A stretch of 64,000 bases of DNA from Desulfobacterales bacterium. GTDB lineage: Bacteria; Desulfobacterota; Desulfobacteria; Desulfobacterales; UBA5852. Under the pieces are notes generated by a model. That model was not told the DNA's origin, ran no database searches, and was given only the letters and a program-made list of their open reading frames with translations. Within the stretch, counting starts at the first letter, position 1, and each line of letters opens with the position of its first letter. Of this stretch, positions 20,320-28,727 are shown in pieces. Both the position numbers and the translations under genes were made by a program. The stretch covers positions 640,001 to 704,000 of the forward strand of contig CAXXVS010000003.1 in assembly GCA_963674755.2 (NCBI GenBank), written 5' to 3'.

Positions 20320-22808
20320 TAGCCGCATTTGGTGAAACCGCAGAAATGACAGGTCATGCAGCCTTCTTCGAAGCTGATGGTCTGGCTGCATTCAGGACAT
20401 TTTTCACCCAGCAGGCTGGCGCCACGGGGATGGGCGTTGGCCCCGTTGGCATTTTTCAAGTAGCGTTTTTCCAAAATGCGGGCGATGGCATCCGGAATGG
20501 AGAGCACCAGTCCGCCCGACTGGAACACCGGATATTCGCCGCCGATGCCCTTGAGCTGCTTGACGATGTCGCCGACCTTGACGCCTGAGCGCAGGGCCAG
20601 GGATACCAGGCGGCCCACGGCTTCCGCCTTGGCGGCGGTCGAACGGCCGGATTTGCCGATGGTGGCGAAGACCTCGAAGGGGCGGCCTTCGTATTCCGTC
20701 ACGGTGACATAAAGATGGCCCATGCCGGTTTTCATCCGGGTGGTGAATCCCTCCAGGGTCTCGGGCCGTTCCTTGACCGCTCTCAGGAAACGGGTGCTGG
20801 AATCCTCTTTCTGGCTGAAGGCCAGCACCTGGTTTTCCTTGCTGCCGTCGCGGTAGATGGTGACGCCCTTGCATCGCAGGTCGTAGGCCAGGTCATAGAT
20901 TTTCTGCACATCGCCCACGGTGGCGTCGCGGGGCAGGTTGACCGTCTTGGATACGGCATTGTCCGTATATTTCTGGAAGGCGGCCTGCATGCGGATGTGC
21001 CATTCCGGGGAGACATCATGGGCGGTGACGAAAATCCGGCGCACCTCCGGCGGGATCTCCTCGAAATCCTGAATCGAGCCTTTTTGGGCCACTCTGCTCA
21101 TCAATTCCTCGGAGTAGAAGCCATGGGCTTTGGCCACCGCTTCGAAGACCGGGTTGACTTCCATCAGGCGGTCATTGTCCATGACCGTGCGCACAAAACT
21201 GAGGGCAAACAGCGGTTCGATGCCGCTGGAGCAGCCGGCGATGATGCTCAAGGTGCCGGTGGGGGCGATGGTGGTCGTCGTGGCGTTGCGCAGTTGATCC
21301 TTTTCGCTGTCCTTATAGATGCTCTTATCGATATTGGGGAAAGGACCGCGCCTTTCGGCCAGGCGCCGCGAGGCGTCCCGGGCCGACTCCTGGACCGTGC
21401 GCATGACCTCCTCGGCCATTTTCAGCGCGTCTTCGGAATTGTAGGGGATTCCCAGCTGGTAGAGCATATCGGCAAATCCCATAACGCCCAGGCCAACTTT
21501 GCGGTTGCCCTTGACCATGGCATCAATTTCAGGCAGCGGGTAGCGTGAGCGATCGATTGTATTGTCCAGAAAACGGACGGAGAGGTTGACGGTTTCCTTC
21601 AACTCGTCAAAATCCACCACGGCGGCTTCGCCTTCTTTAATGACGAATTTGGCCAGGTTGATGGAGCCCAGGTTGCAGGCTTCCATGGGCAGCAGCGGTT
21701 GTTCGCCGCAGGGGTTGGTGCTTTCGATGGCGCCCAGAGCCGGCGTGGGGTTGTCCCGATTCAGGCGATCCAAAAAAATGACGCCAGGATCGCCGTTCTC
21801 CCAAGCTTGCTTGACGAGAGCCCCATAGACTTCCCGGGCGTTGAGCCGGCCCGTCACGCTGTTGTCCCGGGGATCGATGAGGTCATAGTCCTCATCGGCC
21901 TGTACGGCCTTCATGAAGGTTTCCGTGACGCCTACCGAGATATTGAAATTGTTGAGGGAGTCCTGCTCCTTTTTACAGTAGATGAACTCCATGACGTCCG
22001 GATGGTCCACCCGCAGAATCGCCATATTGGCCCCGCGCCGGGTGCCGCCCTGCTTCACCTGTTCGGTAGCAGTATTGAAAATTTTCATAAACGAGACCGG
22101 GCCGGAGGCTACGCCTCCAGTGGTGCCCACCCGGCTGTCCTTGGGACGCAGGCGCGAGAAGGAGAATCCTGTGCCCCCGCCCGACTTGTGGATCATGGCG
22201 GCATGATGCAGGGAGGTGAAGATCTGCTCCATGCTGTCTTCCACCGGCAGTACAAAACACGCGGCCAACTGGCCAAGCCGCCGTCCGGCGTTCATCAGCG
22301 TGGGTGAGTTGGGAAGAAATCGAAATTCGGTCATCAGATCATAAAAGGCCTCTTCCATCTCTGCGGCTTTTTCTTCACCCTCGAAGGCCAATTCTGCCCT
22401 GGCGATATGGCGGGCCACCCGGCGGAGCATTTTTTCCGGCGTTTCGATCGCTTTGCCATTAGGATCTTTTTTGAGATAGCGGCGTTCCAGAACAGTTTTG
22501 GCGTTACCGCTGAGCTTGGGCCCCTTTTTCCGGAAAACACTGCCATCAAGTTTGACCGGATTGGCGGCATCCAGGCCGAATTCTTTCAGCTTGTCATCGA
22601 TAATTTTTTCGATATCTGCCATGGTAATGGTCTGATCCTGAATCTTGTCGATCTCTTTGCGCAGATGCCGGCTGATGCTCATGGCCGTATCCGTGGTGGC
22701 CGTCCCGGTGCGGGTCATCAGGTCCGTAAAGCGGTGGTCATCCCATCGATAGGCGGACAGGTCAAGGCGTCCGTCCTCGGTTAATACAAAGCGACATCTT
22801 TCGGCCAT
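20319..22808 (-). CDS. nrdJ: Adenosylcobalamin-dependent (class II) ribonucleotide reductase
   Basis: PNSPTLMNAG, ACFV, TNPCGEQPL, CNLGS, TIAPTGT, KGVTIYRDGS, C-terminal TSCPD-like domain and zinc ribbon. Confidence 0.95.
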   Translation of the reverse strand: MAERCRFVLTEDGRLDLSAYRWDDHRFTDLMTRTGTATTDTAMSISRHLRKEIDKIQDQTITMADIEKIIDDKLKEFGLDAANPVKLDGSVFRKKGPKLSGNAKTVLERRYLKKDPNGKAIETPEKMLRRVARHIARAELAFEGEEKAAEMEEAFYDLMTEFRFLPNSPTLMNAGRRLGQLAACFVLPVEDSMEQIFTSLHHAAMIHKSGGGTGFSFSRLRPKDSRVGTTGGVASGPVSFMKIFNTATEQVKQGGTRRGANMAILRVDHPDVMEFIYCKKEQDSLNNFNISVGVTETFMKAVQADEDYDLIDPRDNSVTGRLNAREVYGALVKQAWENGDPGVIFLDRLNRDNPTPALGAIESTNPCGEQPLLPMEACNLGSINLAKFVIKEGEAAVVDFDELKETVNLSVRFLDNTIDRSRYPLPEIDAMVKGNRKVGLGVMGFADMLYQLGIPYNSEDALKMAEEVMRTVQESARDASRRLAERRGPFPNIDKSIYKDSEKDQLRNATTTTIAPTGTLSIIAGCSSGIEPLFALSFVRTVMDNDRLMEVNPVFEAVAKAHGFYSEELMSRVAQKGSIQDFEEIPPEVRRIFVTAHDVSPEWHIRMQAAFQKYTDNAVSKTVNLPRDATVGDVQKIYDLAYDLRCKGVTIYRDGSKENQVLAFSQKEDSSTRFLRAVKERPETLEGFTTRMKTGMGHLYVTVTEYEGRPFEVFATIGKSGRSTAAKAEAVGRLVSLALRSGVKVGDIVKQLKGIGGEYPVFQSGGLVLSIPDAIARILEKRYLKNANGANAHPRGASLLGEKCPECSQTISFEEGCMTCHFCGFTKCG

Positions 22809-23048
22809 GAAAACCTCCGGGGGTAAACTTTGGGGCCCATCCAAACCAACGGACCGTTAATGCATTCTATGGTAATCATCTAAATGTAATCAGGAAGAAG
22901 CAAAAAGCATGGTTCGCCGATGCTTTTCAACACCCTGCGCCGGGGGCAGGGAGAGGCCTCACGATGCACGCGATCTCCGGCACGAAAATCGATTAGATGG
23001 AGGGGGTTGATCTGCTGCCGGGTGATTCGCAACGAACCGAGATCTCTC

Positions 23049-23069
23049 ATACAACATATTGTGTGTCAA
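23049..23069 (-). promoter_or_regulatory. NrdR box next to the putative -35 of nrdJ
   Basis: Reverse strand TTGACA followed directly by CACAATATGTTGTAT; a weaker second box may lie near 23081. Confidence 0.7.
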
Positions 23070-23281
23070 GATTTATTTAACCCTACATTTACCATATCGG
23101 CGGCACTGAAATCGCTAAGGGCGAAAAATATTTGATTCTCCGGCAGTTGCCGCTCTCCTTACGAAGAGGTCTTGGCAGGACGCCCATTCTATGCTATCCA
23201 CAGCCTCATACGCACAACTGGACAGCGTTCGGAAAAGGTGCTGCACCAACCGGCCGACAATGCGAAAGGAGAACATGATCG

Positions 23282-23767
23282 ATGGATAGGTTCCGCAATT
23301 TGATTCCCCTGGTGTTGGTGGTTCTGCTGGGTGTCTTGGTACAGGTCGCGCTCATGGCGATGCAGACCAAAGAAACACCGGCGGAGGCGGCGGTGGAATT
23401 TACCAAAGCGTTTTACCAAATGTCCCCCCGTGTGACCGATCGCATGTGCGGCGACCTGCTCGAAGACAAGACCCAGATCAACGACCAGTTTTACAACGCC
23501 GTTGCTGAGGCCCGCGAATGTGGCTTCGGCGCATCCTATCCGAAGATGCAGCTTTTCAATATTCATGCGGTTGTGCTGGCCCAGGATGGCACCTCGGCCC
23601 AAGTGCAGCTGCATTGTTCCATGAAGCGCGCGATTCATCCCGCGTTTGCCTATTTTCTCAGGATGTGGAATATGGGCGAAACCTATCATCTGGACGAAGT
23701 GGTCGATTTGGTGAAGGAAGACGGGCGCTGGAAAGTCTGCGAATACGACTACGCGCTGATGGGCTGA
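23282..23767 (+). CDS. Hypothetical membrane-anchored protein
   Basis: N-terminal TM/signal segment, AAGGAG RBS, C-terminal LVKEDGRWKV reminiscent of NTF2-like folds. Confidence 0.7.
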   Translation: MDRFRNLIPLVLVVLLGVLVQVALMAMQTKETPAEAAVEFTKAFYQMSPRVTDRMCGDLLEDKTQINDQFYNAVAEARECGFGASYPKMQLFNIHAVVLAQDGTSAQVQLHCSMKRAIHPAFAYFLRMWNMGETYHLDEVVDLVKEDGRWKVCEYDYALMG

Positions 23768-23834
23768 TGGGATTAGTAGCGGTTTAACGATCCAAGCCCG
23801 GCCGTTTCCGTCGGGAAGACGGTTCGATCATCCG

Positions 23835-23875
23835 AGGGAGATGCATGGCGCTTCACGCATCTCCCTTTTTTTATT
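23835..23875 (+). terminator. Rho-independent terminator
   Basis: GGGAGATGC...GCATCTCCC followed by a T run. Confidence 0.75.
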
Positions 23876-23974
23876 GCTTATCGGCCTAACGTTCTTTTGG
23901 GCTCCTGTGTGATAAGGCCGTGGAGCCATTCCTCCCTAGATGTTGCCGCTATCCAGGGGACGCGCGTGACCAAG

Positions 23975-24775
23975 ATGCATACGCCACCACTTTTTCCAGA
24001 AGAAACCGCAGCGGTCTATGCGATCCTGAAGCAGCAGGCCCGGGCCATTGCCGTGCGTCAGCCCATACCGGATTTCTATCGGATCTACGAAAACGATTGG
24101 ACGCGTGCCCGGCGCCGGCTGGATCACGATCCGCTGCTTTTGGACTTGCACGCTTTCGTCCAGGAACGGCTGGACGACGATTTCGGCCACGGTATCGGCC
24201 ACGCTGTCAAGGTCGCCACGGACGCCGGGACGCTGTCCTTGATCGAAGGTCGCCGGGCGGGTTATGCCCCCCAGCGCATCCAGCGCATCAGCCTGGTCTG
24301 CCAGGCGGCCGGCCTCCTTCACGATATCCATCGCAAGCGTGCCGGTCATGCCCTCGAGGGGGCGCGATTCGCCCGCCAGGCCCTGGCGGCGTTTGCGTTC
24401 ACCCCTCCTGAAATCGAGGACATCAGTTATGCCATCGGCAGCCACGAGGCCTTTCAACAGATCGAGGCCCCGCCCACGGAAGCCGCCGGTTTTTTGTCCG
24501 ACTGCCTTTATGATGCCGACAAATTCCGGTGGGGGCCGGACAACTTTACCGATACCCTCTGGGACATGGTGGCGTTCTACAACCCTTCCCTGGCGGATTT
24601 CGTGGCGCGCTACCCGGGCGGCATGCAACGGCTGGAGGAAATCAAGGGAACCTTCCGCAGCCGTACAGGGAAAAAATACGGCCCCCAGATGATCGATTAC
24701 GGTATCGCGATCGGCCAGGAGTTGATGGCGTTTATCCTTACGGAGTTTACGCATATGCTGGGTCAGAACCCTTGA
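23975..24775 (+). CDS. HD-domain protein
   Basis: GHGIGHA, LLHDI, HALEG, LYDADKF motifs. Confidence 0.82.
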   Translation: MHTPPLFPEETAAVYAILKQQARAIAVRQPIPDFYRIYENDWTRARRRLDHDPLLLDLHAFVQERLDDDFGHGIGHAVKVATDAGTLSLIEGRRAGYAPQRIQRISLVCQAAGLLHDIHRKRAGHALEGARFARQALAAFAFTPPEIEDISYAIGSHEAFQQIEAPPTEAAGFLSDCLYDADKFRWGPDNFTDTLWDMVAFYNPSLADFVARYPGGMQRLEEIKGTFRSRTGKKYGPQMIDYGIAIGQELMAFILTEFTHMLGQNP

Positions 24776-24818
24776 TGGTAGCTTCAGGGCGATCGAGCAC
24801 GCAGGAGACAACAAGCCC

Positions 24819-25481
24819 ATGCGGGAAAAAACAAAATGCGTCAAGGTCTTGATGGTGTTGGGGCTAGCTGTGTTTTTCATCAGCGGATGCCGCAGCACCT
24901 ATTACGCCATGTGGGAAAGTCTGGGCAAGGAAAAGCGTCATTTGCTGCGGGATGAGGTTGAGCAGGCCCGCGAAGATCAGGCCGAAGCCTCCGAGGACTT
25001 CAAGGATGCCCTGACCCGCGTCAAGGAGCTGACCGATTTCCAGGGCGGCGAACTGGAAAACGTCTACCTGCAATTGAAAGATGACTACGACGACTGCGAG
25101 CAGCGGGCGGCGATTATCGACGAGCGTATCGCCAACGTGGAGCAGATCGCAGCCGATCTGTTTGCCGAGTGGGAAACGGAAATCGGCCAGATGTCCAACG
25201 CCACGTTTCGCGCCAGCAGCCGCCGGTCGCTGGCCCGGACCCGCGAGCGTTACCGCCAGTTGCAGCGGGCCATGGTGCGGGCCCGCGAGCGCATGGATCC
25301 GGTCCTGATCCGCCTGAAGGATTACGTTCTCTACCTCAAACACAACCTCAACGCCCAGGCGGTGGGGGCCCTGGGTGCGGAAATGGGCCATATCGAAGCG
25401 GATGTGGACGTATTGATTCGGGATATCGAACGTTCCATCCAGGCGGCGGATACCTTTCTGAAAGACTTTGACGCCGGATGA
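24819..25481 (+). CDS. DUF2959-family lipoprotein
   Basis: Lipobox ISGC, YYAMWESLGKEKR, LYLKHNLNAQA. Confidence 0.85.
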   Translation: MREKTKCVKVLMVLGLAVFFISGCRSTYYAMWESLGKEKRHLLRDEVEQAREDQAEASEDFKDALTRVKELTDFQGGELENVYLQLKDDYDDCEQRAAIIDERIANVEQIAADLFAEWETEIGQMSNATFRASSRRSLARTRERYRQLQRAMVRARERMDPVLIRLKDYVLYLKHNLNAQAVGALGAEMGHIEADVDVLIRDIERSIQAADTFLKDFDAG

Positions 25482-25819
25482 TGAAAACTTCCAACCCGGC
25501 GAACCCCGCTCTATCTCCAGCTATTTTCGGTAGCATCCCGCCCATGGGCAATCCATTGCGCCAGACGCGGTTTCCTCGACCGGCAGTTGCCGCGATCTTC
25601 GCGGCCCTGTCGGTCTCATGCGGCCGCCATCGATTGCCGAATGACATCGTATTTGTGAACCAGACCCTTTAGCCGGAAACCTTCCGGCGGCCTGTTGATT
25701 GCAAGGTGCTCAGGTCTACCGGACGGATCGTTCAGCAGCCTCAGGTCGTTCTAATCGAAGCCTTTGGCAAACTGAACCCAATTTATTTCTTGACGACCGC
25801 CAACAAACTCGATAGATAT

Positions 25820-25837
25820 TTCCATCAACTGATGGAA
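25820..25837. promoter_or_regulatory. Candidate TetR operator just after a sigma-70-like promoter
   Basis: Perfect inverted repeat TTCCATCA-AC-TGATGGAA directly downstream of TTGACG-17 nt-TAGATA (25790-25818). Confidence 0.7.
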
Positions 25838-25891
25838 TCATGTGCTGGATAGTGGCTTCGATGGGCTTCAAACCGAAGGAAAGGGGCGTCT

Positions 25892-26515
25892 ATGGCCTCC
25901 CGCCTCGAAAAAGCGCTGCAAAACCCGGACTCCATGAAGGCGCGCATCCTGACCGCCGCCCGGCGGCTTTTCGGGGCCAATGGTTACAGCGATACCACCA
26001 CCCGCATGATCGCGGCCGAGGTGGGTATCGACGTGTCCACCCTGCACTACCACTGGGGTGAGAAGCAGGACCTGTACGCCGGGGTCTTGGCCGCCATCAA
26101 CGAGGAGATTCTTGCCAAATTCAAGGAGGTGGAACGCCGCTGCCGCGGGGTCAATCTGCGCCGGCGTCTGGAAATCGCCATCGACCTCATGTGCGACTAT
26201 CTCTTTTCCCACCCGGAAGTCGCCAACCTGATTCTCTTCGGCTATTTTCGCAAGGCGGACCGCGACGTGGTCCTGGACGTCAATATCGCCCACTACATCT
26301 CCAACATCGCCATTGCCATGGGGTTGGCAACGGACGCCGGGCAGGTTTCGGTGCAGGCCAAGGCCCGTATCCTGGCGGTGTGGAATTCCGTCCTGAATTT
26401 TATTTCGGGCGAGAGTTTTTTTCGGCCCATGATGGATATCGACCCGTCATCCTACCAGGACGTGGTCAAGGAAACGCTGAAGTTCATCCTGGTACCGGCC
26501 TTTACGACAGATTGA
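25892..26515 (+). CDS. TetR/AcrR family regulator
   Basis: ILTAARRLF...TTTRMIAAEVGIDVSTLHYHWGEKQDLY helix-turn-helix. Confidence 0.93.
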   Translation: MASRLEKALQNPDSMKARILTAARRLFGANGYSDTTTRMIAAEVGIDVSTLHYHWGEKQDLYAGVLAAINEEILAKFKEVERRCRGVNLRRRLEIAIDLMCDYLFSHPEVANLILFGYFRKADRDVVLDVNIAHYISNIAIAMGLATDAGQVSVQAKARILAVWNSVLNFISGESFFRPMMDIDPSSYQDVVKETLKFILVPAFTTD

Positions 26516-26549
26516 TGAACGCTATCACCCCCAAAAAAGGAGGGAAATC

Positions 26550-28670
26550 ATGGCGCTGAATCCGGATGCCATCGGAAAGCCCCTGGGTCCTGTTACCAAA
26601 GACTACACCTGGAAGGACGTCGTGCTCTACGCCCTGGGGGTTGGCGCAGGATTCGAGGAGATCGACTACTGCTACGAAAAGAATCTGAAGGTGCTGCCCA
26701 GCTTTTCCATTGCAGCGGTCTTCGATTTCCTCTCGCTCTATGCGGCCGAATCCAACCTCAACCTGGCCGGCATTCTGCACGGCGAGCAAAAGCTGGAATT
26801 TCACGCCCCGATTCCCACCGAAGGCACCCTGACCACCACCGGCAAACTGACCCACTACTACGACAAGGGCAAAGAAAAGGGAGCCCTGGTGGTGGGGGAG
26901 AGTGTCACCCGGCATTCCAACGGCCAGAAGCTGTTTACAAGCACCCTGACGATATTCTCCCGGCGGGACGGCGGCTTTGGTGGCGAGAACGCCCCCAAGC
27001 AGGAAGTGGTCATGCCGGATCGGGCACCGGATTTCGAAATCGAAGACGCCCCCACACAGGATCAGCCCTTGCTCTACCGATTGTCCGGCGATGTGTTCCA
27101 CCTCCATGTGGACCAAGCCTTTGCCGAAATGGCCGGGTTCGAAAAACCCATTATGCACGGCCTGTGCACCCATGGGTTCGCCTGCCGGGCCCTGGTGCAA
27201 TGTCTCGTGCCGGGGGAGACGGAGAAGGTGCGCCGCATGGACTGCCGCTTTTCCAAACCGCTTTATCCCGGCGATCCGATCCGCACCCTGATCTGGAAGG
27301 ACGGCGAGGGCCGGGCCTTGTGGCGGGTGGTCAATGCCAGGACCGGCGACACGGTGATCGATTATGGTGTGTTTACCTACGGATCGGTGCCGGAACAGCA
27401 AATCCGCTTTGACAACCGGGTGGCCATCGTAACCGGAGCCGGTGCCGGCCTGGGTCGGGCCTACGCTTTGGAGCTGGCCCGCCGGGGGGCCAAGGTGGTG
27501 GTCAACGATCTGGGCGGGTCCCGGGACGGCTCCGGGGAGGGATCGAGCACGCCGGCGGCCAAGGTGGTGGCGGAGATCGAAGCCATCGGCGGCCAGGCCG
27601 TGGCCAACGATGACAACGTGGCCACCCCGGAAGGGGGGGAGGCCATCGTCCAGAGCGCGCTGGCGGCCTTCGGCACGGTGGACATCGTGATCAACAACGC
27701 GGGCATCCTGCGGGACAAGAGTTTTCTTAAAATGGAACCGGAGAACTGGCAGGCGGTGCTGGGTGTCCATTTGAATGGGGCCTACCATGTGACGCGTCCG
27801 GCCTTTGCGGTGATGAAGGCGAAGGGCTACGGGCGCATCGTGATGACGACATCGGCCGCCGGATTATACGGTAACTTCGGCCAGACCAACTATTCGGCGG
27901 CCAAGATGGGCCTGGTGGGCCTGATGAACACGCTCAAGCTGGAGGGGGCCAAGTACGGGGTCAAGGTGAACACGGTGGCGCCCCTGGCGGCCTCACGCTT
28001 GACCGAGGACGTCATGCCGCCGGAAATTTTCGAAAAGGCCAGACCGGAGTTCGTGGTCCCCATGACGCTTTTTCTGTGCTCCGAGGAATGTCCGGTGAGC
28101 GGCAACATTTACAACGCCGGCATGGGGTTTTTCAACCGGGCGGCCGTGGTGACCGGCCCGGGCGCGGTGGTGGCAGACGGGGACAAGGTGCCCACGGTGG
28201 AAGCGGTGGCCGCGGCCCTCGACAAGATTGCCGACCTCAAGGGCGGCAAGGAGTACGACCAGCTCAACGCCCAGTTTGCCGATGTGATGAACGCCTTCGG
28301 CAGCTCCGGGGAAACAGCCGGCATAGGACCGGATCAGGGCGCTTCGGGCGGATTGACCGTACCCGCCGTGTTTGCGGCCATGCCGGAGGCTTTCGTGCCC
28401 GAGGCGGCGGAAGGCGTGGACGTGGTCTTCCAATACCGGATCACCGGCGAGGACGGCGGCGACTGGGTTTGTGCCGTTAAGGACCAGGCCTGCGATATCC
28501 GACAGGGGGTTCACGAGAAGCCCACCTGCACCCTGATCATGGCGGCACCGGACTTTTTGGCCATGATGAGCGGCAGCCTGCCGCCCATGCAGGCTTTCAA
28601 CGCGGGCAAACTCAAGATCGAAGGGGACATCATGAAGAGCCAGCTGATCGAGCGGCTTTTCCGGCGGTAG
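26550..28670 (+). CDS. Multifunctional MaoC-type enoyl-CoA hydratase 2 / SDR 3-hydroxyacyl-CoA dehydrogenase / SCP2 fusion
   Basis: LYRLSGDVFHLHVD...IMHGLC hydratase-2 motif, TGAGAGLG/NNAGILRD/YSAAK SDR, C-terminal SCP2 (MQAFNAGKLKIEGD). Confidence 0.9.
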   Translation: MALNPDAIGKPLGPVTKDYTWKDVVLYALGVGAGFEEIDYCYEKNLKVLPSFSIAAVFDFLSLYAAESNLNLAGILHGEQKLEFHAPIPTEGTLTTTGKLTHYYDKGKEKGALVVGESVTRHSNGQKLFTSTLTIFSRRDGGFGGENAPKQEVVMPDRAPDFEIEDAPTQDQPLLYRLSGDVFHLHVDQAFAEMAGFEKPIMHGLCTHGFACRALVQCLVPGETEKVRRMDCRFSKPLYPGDPIRTLIWKDGEGRALWRVVNARTGDTVIDYGVFTYGSVPEQQIRFDNRVAIVTGAGAGLGRAYALELARRGAKVVVNDLGGSRDGSGEGSSTPAAKVVAEIEAIGGQAVANDDNVATPEGGEAIVQSALAAFGTVDIVINNAGILRDKSFLKMEPENWQAVLGVHLNGAYHVTRPAFAVMKAKGYGRIVMTTSAAGLYGNFGQTNYSAAKMGLVGLMNTLKLEGAKYGVKVNTVAPLAASRLTEDVMPPEIFEKARPEFVVPMTLFLCSEECPVSGNIYNAGMGFFNRAAVVTGPGAVVADGDKVPTVEAVAAALDKIADLKGGKEYDQLNAQFADVMNAFGSSGETAGIGPDQGASGGLTVPAVFAAMPEAFVPEAAEGVDVVFQYRITGEDGGDWVCAVKDQACDIRQGVHEKPTCTLIMAAPDFLAMMSGSLPPMQAFNAGKLKIEGDIMKSQLIERLFRR
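27470..28026 (+). repeat. Near-identical direct repeat (SDR coding block), copy 1
   Basis: Matches 30266-30822 at offset 2796 with roughly twenty substitutions by eye. Confidence 0.92.
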
Positions 28671-28727
28671 CCGTCGCGGTAGAAAATCCCCATATCGAAC
28701 CTTTCCTTCCATAAAGGAGAACAACCG

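Noticed and set aside
22850..23045. Cobalamin riboswitch upstream of nrdJ
   Set aside because: No B12-box or other conserved core motifs could be found by eye.
25689..25741. Possible internally deleted family-1 repeat (GGCCTGTTGA...TCAGCAGCC)
   Set aside because: Only short terminal similarity and no conserved core; too weak to call.
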